Source: Octopus sinensis (taxonomy: Eukaryota). Taken from it: a stretch of DNA of 48,893 bases. The notes below the pieces were generated by a model. That model was not told the origin of the DNA. It did no database searches and saw only the letters and a program-made list of their open reading frames with translations. Below, piece by piece: positions 37,200-48,206 of the stretch; positions within the stretch are counted from its first letter, which is position 1, and each line of letters begins with the position of its first letter. The translations under genes were made by a program, and so were the position numbers. The DNA is taken from contig NW_021834362.1 in NCBI RefSeq assembly GCF_006345805.1, positions 1-48,893 of the forward strand, in the 5' to 3' direction.

Positions 37200-37247
<48 letters not shown>

Positions 37248-37413
37248 GCGACAGGCTTCTTTCAGTTTCCGTCTACCAAATCCACTCACAGAGCATTGGT
37301 CGGCCCGGGGCTATAGCAGAAGACACTTGCCCAAGATGCCACGCAGTGGGACTGAACCCGGAACCATGTGGTTGGTTAGCAAGCTACTTACCACACAGCC
37401 ACTCCTGCACCTA
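36989..37413 (-). mobile_element. SINE family B, full length, young
   Basis: Minus strand reads ggtgcaggagtggctgtgtggtaagtagcttgctaaccaaccacatggttccgggttcagtccc (A/B boxes) through to the aagtaaaagagtaaaagagta tail. Confidence 0.95.
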
Positions 37414-37943
37414 CCAACAAATTTCGGCTTTGTTCGTCCAAAGTTGCAAACCATTCGTTTACAAATAGTGACAAAGATAAATAAGATGAGCCTATTTTGA
37501 TAGGATGGGTCTGGAACAGCATCTTATTTATCACAAGGTTTAATTCAGAACATAAGCTAATTCAGACAAACACCACTACTTTCCATTTTACCAATACTCA
37601 AGTGTTTCAAACTAGCCACGTATCATAGTTACCATCTAATCTGGAACGTAGTAATCAGACAGGATCATTATGGCACCAGTTAGTGTTGTAAAAATGGCCG
37701 TTCTAAGATCATTGAAAAGATTTTCTTCTGTTAAGTTTGAACATAAAATTACATTGTTCCTCCGACACAATGACAAGCGGAGTTTAGGGAATTGATCCCT
37801 CACATTGGATGATAGTTCAACTGGCTTACCAGCTAAGTACTTTCAAATCACAAAGCCACCAACTCCCTTTCCACGTTCGATTGGACACGAATGTGTTAAT
37901 ATAAAAGAGCACAGCTGCTTACTGGCCCATTAATTAATACGTG

Positions 37944-38003
<60 letters not shown>

Positions 38004-38078
38004 ATGCATATATGTGTGTGTGTGTGTTCATTATACATGTTAGGTACGTCCTTCATATATCTGAAGTTGGCGAGGTTA

Positions 38079-38380
38079 TCAGTTTTGCACTCTGTTGGTC
38101 CTGAGATGGCTTTCTAGGCCAATTATGACATGAAATACGCGGTCACAATGAGGGTTGGGGGACACGTGATAGATGATCCAGGATTCAGGCTGCTCTAAAC
38201 TACCCTTTTTTTTACGGTTGTCTTGAGCGTGCTTTTGTTTGAACATTATGTGACCGAGAACCAACTGCTAACTCACCAAAGTAGATCTGGTGAGTTACCA
38301 GAGCTCACCAGTCTGAAGTCGAGCTTGGCGCATTACACGTCCACGCCACTGTAGCTGGAATTTGCTCAAGAAATGGTGTT
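38079..38380 (-). mobile_element. RTE-clade LINE 3' end
   Basis: ...PHCDRVFHVIIGLESHLRT resembles the RTE C-terminal C..C.R.F...IGL.SH.R motif. Confidence 0.65.
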
Positions 38381-38397
38381 TTCACACAGACACACAC

Positions 38398-38458
<61 letters not shown>

Positions 38459-38519
38459 ATATATATATAATATATATATAAATACATCCACATTATATAT
38501 ATATATATATATATTGATA

Positions 38520-38700
38520 TTTATATAATGGATTCAAGTTTTGGTACAAGACCAGCATGTTTAGAGAAAGGGCCTCTAAATTAAATCGGCCGCAGAACTT
38601 AAATGGCGATTATTCTATCACCGTCTCGAAAGGATGAAAAGCAAAATTGGAGATTGGACATATTGTCGGACGTGGTAACGATTCTGCTAGTCACCGCCTT
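38520..38700 (-). mobile_element. SINE family A, diverged and internally deleted
   Basis: gaaaggatgaaaagcaaaatt...cggacgtggtaacgattctgctagtcaccgcctt. Confidence 0.65.
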
Positions 38701-38725
38701 TATAAGTATATAATATTTATATATA

Positions 38726-38775
<50 letters not shown>

Positions 38776-40833
38776 ATATATGTGTGTGTGTGTGGTGTGT
38801 GTGTGTGTGTGTGTGTTTATGTATATATATAAATTTAAATACATATACACCCCACACACATATATATGAAAATACATATACATAAATATATATCCATACA
38901 CACACATACACACACATACAGGCACACACACACATTCCTAATTACATATGCCCACATGCGTACATATAGATAAATAGACATACATGTGCATAAATAAACA
39001 TACATAAATGTGTGCGTGTGTGTATGTATTTATACCTCAGTGTATAATTGTAATTACGTATACATTATACATACCTATAATAAATATATATTTCACTATA
39101 GTATGCTGATTAGAAGACAGTTCGTTCATTTCCTCAGAGTAACATTCCTTGATGTTTTACAACACTCATGAATCCTCTTATAGCTCTAAGTATATAATTA
39201 ATTTTTTTCCCCCAGAAAGACATTTCTGCAGATTTAAGATTTATGGACTTTAGTTTACTCTCTTATTTATATGGCATGAGTACCGAACAAGATGGAAAAT
39301 AACAACGGTCAGCAGCAGACGATCGTTGAAAATGTAAATGGCCATCTGTTACTATTTAAATATTCTCCAGTGAAAAGCTTATTTGACACTGTCTCATTTT
39401 CTTTTCTCTATCCCCCTCTCTCTCTGCACATCACCTTATCCAGAACATTCCCTATGACAAATGTTCTTTGCTTCATCTTTTATTTATACGTCATATTTTC
39501 TTTACGAACAACTCTGACGGCACTGTGTTTATTATTTCGGTTAAGGCGGCAAGTTGTGATTCTCCACCTTCATATCTATTTTTTTCTTTTCTTCGCTATT
39601 CAGGCAATGATAGCCATTTTTGTTCCATCAGTTATTTGCAGTGACATTTGTTGTTTATAACAGTCTTGTTAACGATATCTACTCTCAATATTAAGTTTTT
39701 GCCGGAAGTGCTTTGCAGACACACAGACGCTTTTCCAGGAAAGGCCAGTGAAGTGCCTTGCAACAACTGTCAACCGTTCAGCCTAAGATTGTTTTGGACA
39801 TAAGTAATTTTCTTAATCCGCAAAGAAAAGAGAAACTGGACGAAATTTCACCACTGGAAGAATTTAGAAAATGATCGTTGACTTGCTTTTATTTCAAGGA
39901 AAGTTTCCTGTTACAGAAAATACCATTTAAAGCTATCGAATTAATCATTTTCCGTTGTCATATTTTCACTTCTGCTGTCGAATACAAATAACAGACAATA
40001 AATGGGAATATACTTCATCTTAAAAATAATGATTAACTCTTCGACGACTAAGCAGACCGGATTACAAAGAGATGTATGTATTCACTTGCAGACAGCTCTG
40101 AATCCCACTAATTTATTTATCAAAATAACACAATAGAAACGGTGATTCGTAACCAATGCAGATTAAAATAATAAATTTTAAAATTCTTCTTTTCATACAT
40201 ATCCACCATTGTCTTGTTCTGGTTAATATGATAATTCTAAAAAGTCGATATAATCAGACTCCAGTTGATCAGTATTCCTAGATCGTCAGTAGAGAACCAA
40301 CCATCGCGTCTAATGGCAGATTTCTCATTTAATAATTGCTTAATGCTGAGTTTAAATACATTAAGAAAATTAATTAACAAGCTTACTTAAATCTTTGTAC
40401 TTGCTTGAATTTCCAAACTCTTATTTGCCTCTTAGTGAGTAAGAGAAGAACCACGAGACTGGCAAGAGGTTGGAAGTATGAAGGAGTTATCTCCAAACAA
40501 AAGATCTGGTCCGAATATTTGCAACAAACCGAACTCCTTTAAAAATAAGGACCAGGTAATGGCGTTGCGTTAATTCTATTAATCGCAGACACGGTAATTC
40601 GATGGTGATTTACTCACCCGGAAACTAGACTCCAGGTATAAATGAGGAAGCAATTGGAAAATGTTGGTTAGTTATTACACATCTCTTGATTTCTTAGGAA
40701 AAGAAAGAAATAGTATAAAAGATTTATATTTTGTGGGTGGGGGTGAGGTAAGCAGAACAAGATGAGACACGTGGGATAGAGAGTCACTCATGAGGTCACA
40801 AGAAGTGTGACGAAAGGGCTTAGACAAAACCAC

Positions 40834-40889
<56 letters not shown>

Positions 40890-40894
40890 TAATA

Positions 40895-41107
40895 AATTCA
40901 GAAAAGTACATAACAAAAACACCAGGACTTACAAACACATATAACATACAGAAAATTGCACTACTTGGCACTGCACACATCCTACGCAGAACACTTTCAA
41001 TACAGTAACCATCAAAGCATCACAACAAATCACAGCACATACCCAAGGCACGCAGAGCTGCGCTCCGTAATGAAGTGAAAGCATGTTATAAAAATAAAAC
41101 TACTGAA
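40895..41107 (+). mobile_element. Dong/R4-clade 3' end, third family, between (TAA)n arrays
   Basis: NSEKYITKTPGLTNTYNIQKIALLGTAHILRRTLSIQ* (stop at 41006-41008), a distinct 3' UTR, and (AAT)n on both sides. Confidence 0.83.
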
Positions 41108-41176
41108 TGATAATAATAATAATAATAATAATACCGATAATAATACCAATAATAAAGCTGAAGTGAAGATAAAGTA

Positions 41177-41370
41177 TACGAGTGGATGCTGAAAAACCTG
41201 GTTGGAGGCTCAGTTTTCTAAGTTCTTTTACGGGGCTTAGAAAAACCGAAGGACCACCGCAATAAGTGCGTGAATCTGAGAGGGGAATGTGTCGAATAAA
41301 ATCATAATTAACTTATCCTCCTGTATTTTCATTTACCCAAAGCTAAGAACTTTTCAGCACCCAGCTCGTA
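41177..41370 (+). mobile_element. Internally deleted mariner element
   Basis: TA|TACGAG...CTCGTA|TA termini with TIRs (tacgagtggatgctgaaaa / ttttcagcacccagctcgta). The interior encodes a frameshifted transposase C-terminus FFTGLRK...NKCVNLRGECVE*. Confidence 0.85.
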
Positions 41371-41525
41371 TAATGATGCGTGTATTTCACCGGCAAAATA
41401 TGACAATCTCCAGGTGTAACAATACCTGTTTCAACACACTATTTCATATTAGAAATTCTCTGGGAAAATATTTTACATCCATCATTAGTACAGTTCTGTA
41501 TTTAAGAGATGACCAATTATGTACC

Positions 41526-41743
41526 TTATTTACATTTGACGGATATTTGTCCTCATCTTGTTTGTTGTTAACATAACGTTTCGGCTGATATACCCTTCAG
41601 CCTTCTTCAGGGGTCTTGGGGAAATTTCGAACCTGGGTTCTCATTCCTAAGATTTTCTTCGATGAAGGCTGGAGGGTATATCAGCCGAAACATTGTGTTA
41701 ATAACAAACAAGATGAGGAAAAATATCCGTCAAATGTAAATAA
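41526..41743. mobile_element. Inverted pair of Penelope-like terminal repeats carrying hammerhead-like cores
   Basis: 80-bp arms 41526-41605 and 41664-41743 with about 5 mismatches. Each arm contains GAAGGCTG.AGGGTATATCAGCCGAAAC. Confidence 0.7.
41575..41610 (-). ncRNA. Minimal hammerhead ribozyme-like motif (Penelope type)
   Basis: CUGAAGA-A-GGCUGA(AGGGUAUA)UCAGCC-GAAAC-GUU: intact core and 6-bp stem II; stem I not evident. Confidence 0.5.
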
Positions 41744-42644
41744 TATCCCTCATTAAATTTTCAAATATCAAGAATTCGTTCAAGTCAGAAAAAAAGGATT
41801 TTTAAGAAAGACTTATTGCCTGGTATGTATTAAGCGAGTTACAGCCCCTTAATCAGTCTATCATTATTATACAATTATATAAGTTTGTGCAATCGTATAA
41901 TTATATAGCAACCTGTATATCTTACTTAACGTGGAAAGCCATAAATTATATAGCAACTTGTATACCTTAACGTAAGAAAGCCATAAACTGCGGTATTCGT
42001 CTTAAGAGGGCATCACGTTTAGATGTATGGTGCTAAAAAGGATAAAAGTATTAGTAGCAGAGAAAGAATGGCTAGCAACGGCGTTGGAATTGGTTGATCT
42101 CGTAATTTCTGCGTTTTAGGGCGTCATCGGTAGCTGGCAGGCTGGGTAAAACTTCTTTGACGGATACTGCAGTGGTATGGCTTTCTTACAATATATCTAA
42201 GATATACAGATCGCCATTCGGAGCTAAAACTGCTTCTGCCGCTAATAACGAACAATTATATATATTTATACAATTATACTTTTGCTGTTCCTAGGTGATG
42301 ATGATTTAAGCTTTATTTAATATCGACATCAACAGCAAAACAGCTACACAGAAATAGTCGTTTCTTTTAAAATAAAGACCAGTAATTTGGATCAGGTGCG
42401 TAGTTGAGTGTATAGACACTAGCATATTACTGGTACTTAATTTATAAATCCTGGAAGAATGAACGAAAAGACGGTGTCCGCAAGATTTGAAATTAGAAAC
42501 ACATCTATAAATAATCCAACCATTTTATCTGTTGCTTTACTGGTTCTCTTTCTCTATCTCTATCTCTTTCTCTCTCTCGCTATCTTTCTCTCTCTCTTTC
42601 TCTCTCTCTCTTTCTCTGTTTGTCTATCTATCTATCTATCTATA

Positions 42645-42704
<60 letters not shown>

Positions 42705-42825
42705 CATATATATATATAGTAAATCCCCAAAAAGAGGAACAAACACACAAAAAACAACAACATCGCGACGAAGTGGTACATGTAAAGTATTAGCAGACGC
42801 TCAGAGAAGGAAAGAAAGATGGTTT

Positions 42826-42852
42826 AACGTTTCGATTAACGCTCTTCTTCAG
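42826..42852 (-). ncRNA. Minimal hammerhead-like motif, stem II eroded
   Basis: guuu-CUGAAGA-A-GAGCGUUAAUC-GAAAC-GUU-aaac: 4-bp stem I present, stem II only 2 bp. Confidence 0.4.
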
Positions 42853-42884
42853 AAACAGAAGAAGGTCCAATAGAAAGGAAGACG

Positions 42885-42985
42885 GAGGAAGAAAATTGCC
42901 ACCGATTCACATGTGGTTACATTTTCGCATATATATGCTCCAGCATGGCTGAGGTCTAATGAATGAAACAAGTAAAAGATAAATA
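42885..42985 (+). mobile_element. SINE family B, 3' tip
   Basis: gctccagcatggctgaggtctaatgaatgaaacaagtaaaagataaa. Confidence 0.6.
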
Positions 42986-43169
42986 CAGATATATTTGTGT
43001 ATGTATGTATATATATTATATATATATATATGTTATAATCACCCCACATTGTTCTATGGTTAATACCATAAAGAATTCTGGTGCATCTAAGTTAAGTACC
43101 ATATTCATTTGAATTCATTGGAATTCACTTGAATCTTAATTGTTTTTGCTGAATTTATAATCCCATACC

Positions 43170-43201
<32 letters not shown>

Positions 43202-43356
43202 GTGTATGTGTAAGTGTGTGTGTGTGTGCATGTGCTTGTATATATATATATATATTATATATAAAATATAAGTGAGTAACAAAGATGTACAGGTGTCAAT
43301 TCATTACGGCCGTTTCAAGCGACTCCTTTAATTGATTAATGAAATCATTAGAACGT

Positions 43357-43613
43357 GGCAAAGAAACCGTTTTCGTCAGATGATTGCAGAGACTTCAAAC
43401 AAAAAAGGACAAACTAATTGCTTTAACATATTCGTATCACCAACGGAGCTGAAATAGTTACATTTATTCGGCTGCTATATCTTTGGCAGAATATAGCAGC
43501 CGAATAAATGTAGCTATTTCAGCTCCATTGGTGATACGAATATGTTAAAGCAATTAGTTTGTCCTTAGTGTTCGAAGTCTATGTAGTCATCTTACGAAAA
43601 CGGTTTCTTTGCC
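43357..43613. repeat. Fold-back element: ~123-bp arms, 10-nt loop
   Basis: 43357-43480 is a reverse complement of 43491-43613. The inner ~75 bp are nearly perfect; loop ctttggcaga. Confidence 0.92.
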
Positions 43614-43653
43614 TTCATCAGTAGGAACACACTAAAATTAGTACATAATAACA

Positions 43654-43730
<77 letters not shown>

Positions 43731-43824
43731 TAATCCAACGGGAAAACAAAAAAACAACAACAATGGAACAATTACAGTATTATTATTAATAGGCGCTCGT
43801 GGAAATATGGAAGCAGGAAGGTAT

Positions 43825-43851
43825 GACGTTTCGAGCGGAGCTCTTCGTCGG
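43825..43851 (-). ncRNA. Minimal hammerhead-like motif (U4C variant)
   Basis: CCGACGA-A-GAGC(UCC)GCUC-GAAAC-GUC: stem II intact, one core substitution. Confidence 0.4.
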
Positions 43852-44984
43852 AAACATAAAGAAGGAAGAGAGAGGAAAGAAAGATCCCAAAGCGGGCAAC
43901 AGGAGATGGAGAAAAAAACGACTGGTGTTTACGAGTTACACATGGTGAAAGGCGGAAGTTTACGATAACAAGAGCAAAGTAGGTTTTTAAAGCCAAAAGA
44001 GTGGAGACAGGGTTGGTAACGCAACAGATGTGTGTGTATGTGTGAGTGTGTGCGTGTGCGTGTGTGTATGTGTGTGTGAGGCGAGATAAAAAAACAAAAA
44101 ATATATGTATGTGTTAGTGTGTGCGTCTGTGTGTAGGCGTGTGAGGTAGGGCGAGACAGTAGTAGGCATAGCAGACAGTGGTCAGTAGTAAGAGAAAGAA
44201 AAAGATGGAAGGAGGAAGGGAGGGAGGGAAAGTGGTGGGGGCGTATGTAGCGTGCCAGCGTGTGATGAGTAGTAGTGTGTGTGTGTGTGTCCAGTGTCGT
44301 GGTAGTATTAATGGCGAGTAGATTGAATGTGTGTAAGAGTAATGTATATATTTAAGCAATGTGTGTGTGTGAGTGGGTGTGTATATGTGTGCGCGTGTGT
44401 GTAAACAAAAAGGGGGGGTTAAGGAAAAAGGACTCCAACTGAGGGGAAGATGGAAGAGTGGTCCCGCGGAGACGGGCGTGGGAAAACCCATATGTATGTA
44501 TATATACAACATACGAATACTTACATATAAGCACATATACATAGCAGACTATTTAACACTTTGAACTCTATACCAAACTGTATTTAAAGAAGACTTCAAC
44601 GAAAAATCACCAGAAATGTTTTTGACCTCCTGACGGAAGATAAACCGATTTTACTTAAGATTTTTTATAAATTTCTATTGATATTTGATAAGATGAGATT
44701 CATCATCGAAACCGGTAATATTTTCTTTATATGATTTTAAAAATCATTTTATTAAATTCCTCCTTAAATCGAACTGTCTTAGATTTACTTCTGTGCTATT
44801 TCCACCTCCATCTTTTATATATAAAAATATACACTATCTGATAGCTATCTAGCTCCATATCTATTCTATTGAACGAACAAACTTTTTGCACATTTCGCTC
44901 TCTCTCCCTCTCTCTGCCTCTTTTTATCATTCCCTGTGTTGTGTATGAATGTGTGTGTATGTGCGTACGTATGCATATATGCAT

Positions 44985-45022
<38 letters not shown>

Positions 45023-45034
45023 TTGTTCTTCATT

Positions 45035-45120
45035 TAGGTACAAAACCAGCATTTTTGAGATGAGGGTGTCAATCAATACCAACGCCCCAGTATTTAACTG
45101 GTACTGCATCTAATCGAGCC
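45035..45120 (-). mobile_element. SINE family A, 3' fragment
   Basis: ttaggtacaaaaccagcattttt...ccccagtatttaactggtact. Confidence 0.55.
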
Positions 45121-45361
45121 TAAAACTAATTCCATGAAGAATTTTTTCGAATATACAATACTGTTAATCCATCACTCTAATGCATGTATGTATGTATCCA
45201 TGTATGTATGTATGTATTTACACGATATGTATCATATGGTAATGTATAGCTTGTGCATTACATGTCATATATATGTGTGCGCGCGTATGTGTCAGCTTAC
45301 ATTCATACATGTATGTATGTGTATATATATATATATATATACATACACACACGCACATACG

Positions 45362-45403
<42 letters not shown>

Positions 45404-45825
45404 GTGTGTGTGTGTGTAAGCTTATCGTATGTTGTGTATATATTTATATTTGTATTTAAGTGCTATCTGAGTGTATTCCATTGATGAAGGCAAGGCATTT
45501 CTTATGCAGAGCCAGAAATCCGGGATCTGGAACTGTCCAGTAATTTTTTTGATAGTTTATTTAGTCTCTTTGTCTTTCCTTCTGGTGCTGTATGAACATT
45601 TAATGTGGTTTTAGAGTCAAGTTTTGGCTGCTATTTCCAGCGTGATGGTATCTCTTAGATACCCTAAATTATAAATTTAAATAATTATTACCTTTGAAAG
45701 GTTTTTATTCCCATGCTGACCACCTGATAAGATCGGTTATTTAAATATTGATCTTATCCTTATTTATATAAATTATATATATATATATTATTATATTATA
45801 TATATACATACACACACACACACAC

Positions 45826-45860
<35 letters not shown>

Positions 45861-46000
45861 AATGTAGAAACTTAGTAATTTCTCATGTACGTGTACGATG
45901 TGCATATATGCATGCACCTCTGTAGGTACAGTGAGTATCTGCGTACACACACGCACTCACAGACACACACATACACACACATACACACACAGACATATAT

Positions 46001-46043
<43 letters not shown>

Positions 46044-46254
46044 CATTTTATACATATTGTATATAACATTATATTATATTCTACTTGTATTTTACGCATT
46101 AACATACACACTTATCTGTCTATCTATCTATCTATCTATCTATTATCTATCTATCTATCCTATCTATCTATATATCTAATCTATCTATTTATCTATCTAT
46201 CTATCTGTCTTGTCTGTCTGTCTCTGTCTCTCTCTCTCTCTCGCTCTCTCTATA

Positions 46255-46298
<44 letters not shown>

Positions 46299-46650
46299 AT
46301 CTAGCCATCTTGCTCATTCAATAGGGTTTCTTTTGCTAGTATTTCTCACCTTTCCCATAATTCCATAAAACTATTATTAGCATCATTATATTCAGAATTT
46401 CCTTCTTATTACACCAATCGAGATTCTTTTACCGATTTTTTTCCCTGGTTGCAAGAAGGAAAATCGACCTCTTAGAACTTCGCTTCCTAAATGTCTAAAT
46501 TGAAATTCGCTTCAAATATATACATACACACATGCATATATCTATACAAACACACACGCACACACATACACACACACGCACACTTATATGTACATGCGTG
46601 TACATGCGTGTACATCTGAGATTCATGCAAACATGCATCCAAGCTTGCAT

Positions 46651-46848
46651 GTATACGCACACATATATAAGATTAGAAGACACGTTAATTAAGACAAGCA
46701 GGTATAGATCCATGCACAGGAACACACATCCAGACAAAATTTCAGCATATGTGGATATGCAAATATATATATTATATACATATATATATATAATATATAT
46801 ATATATATACTTATTAGTGTCTATTATATGTGTGTGTATTATATATAC

Positions 46849-46879
<31 letters not shown>

Positions 46880-46949
46880 CACACAATATGTATGTATAGG
46901 TATGTATATATATAATATATACATACATATACATACATATATGTGTGTG

Positions 46950-46980
<31 letters not shown>

Positions 46981-47055
46981 GTATATAATACACACACATA
47001 TAATAGACACATATATATATAATATATATATATATATATTATATATATATAATAT

Positions 47056-47094
<39 letters not shown>

Positions 47095-47201
47095 TATCCA
47101 CATATGCTGAAATTTTGTCTGGATGTGTGTTCCTGTGCATGGATCTATACCTGCTTGTCTTAATTAACGTGTCTTCTAATCTTATATATGTGTGCGTATA
47201 C
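46651..47201. repeat. ~550-bp near-perfect palindrome
   Basis: Outer arms 46651-46762 and 47090-47201 are identical reverse complements (112 bp). Inner arms 46818-46884 and 46943-47010 are nearly identical. The centre near 46913 is also quasi-palindromic. Confidence 0.95.
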
Positions 47202-47661
47202 AGATATATATATATATAGATAGATAGATAGATAGATAGATAGTAGATAGATAGATAGATATACATCCATATACACAAATACATTTGCATGTGCTTATAC
47301 ACATGCATACTTACGTATAAGCATGCTTATTATATACACGCAGACATAGACATATACACACGCTCACTCCCTCTCTCTCTCCCTCTCACAGACACACACA
47401 CACCCCATTTATATATTTGTGTGCGTGCGTGTGTGTGTGTGTGTGCATTTGTGATTATACACAGATATTTTCATGTAAAATAAGATATGTGATGTATATG
47501 GTTTGGTATGGAGCATAGAGTGGGGGGGGGGGTTGTTGGTGGGGGGAAGAAACTGCGACAAGAAGGCTGGTGTTACAGTAGCAGATGCTCCTCTTATCTG
47601 TTGCTTTCCTTATTGTATGAAGTGGTCGAGAGAATAGACGAGCTGAAAAGTTGATACTCTT

Positions 47662-47725
<64 letters not shown>

Positions 47726-47881
47726 TACACATACACATACACATACGTACACACACACTCATTACAATGGCTATATATTAGTAACAGCTTAACTGGAAAT
47801 ATTAGATTTTTATAGCTGATTTAGAAGTTGTTGCTGTTGTTAGTGGTGGTGGTGGTAGCGGTGGTAGTGGTGATAATGAAA

Positions 47882-47919
<38 letters not shown>

Positions 47920-48206
47920 AATGATAGTGATGTTTAGCCCCTGATCATCTTATGATTGATAACATTTGCTACAATTGATGATCCCAGATCAGCTAGGTTT
48001 CAGCAAATCTGGTGCTTCCTGTGGCTTAAGATCCCAAATGTATGTTGTGGCTTTACTTGCATTGAAGAGAGAAGCAGATAGTATAACTGTCTGTCTCTTT
48101 CTCTCTCGCCTCTCTCATCCCTCTCTCTCTCCTCTCTCTCTGTATATATATATATATATATAATATATATATTTATATTTATTATATATGTATATATATA
48201 TATATA

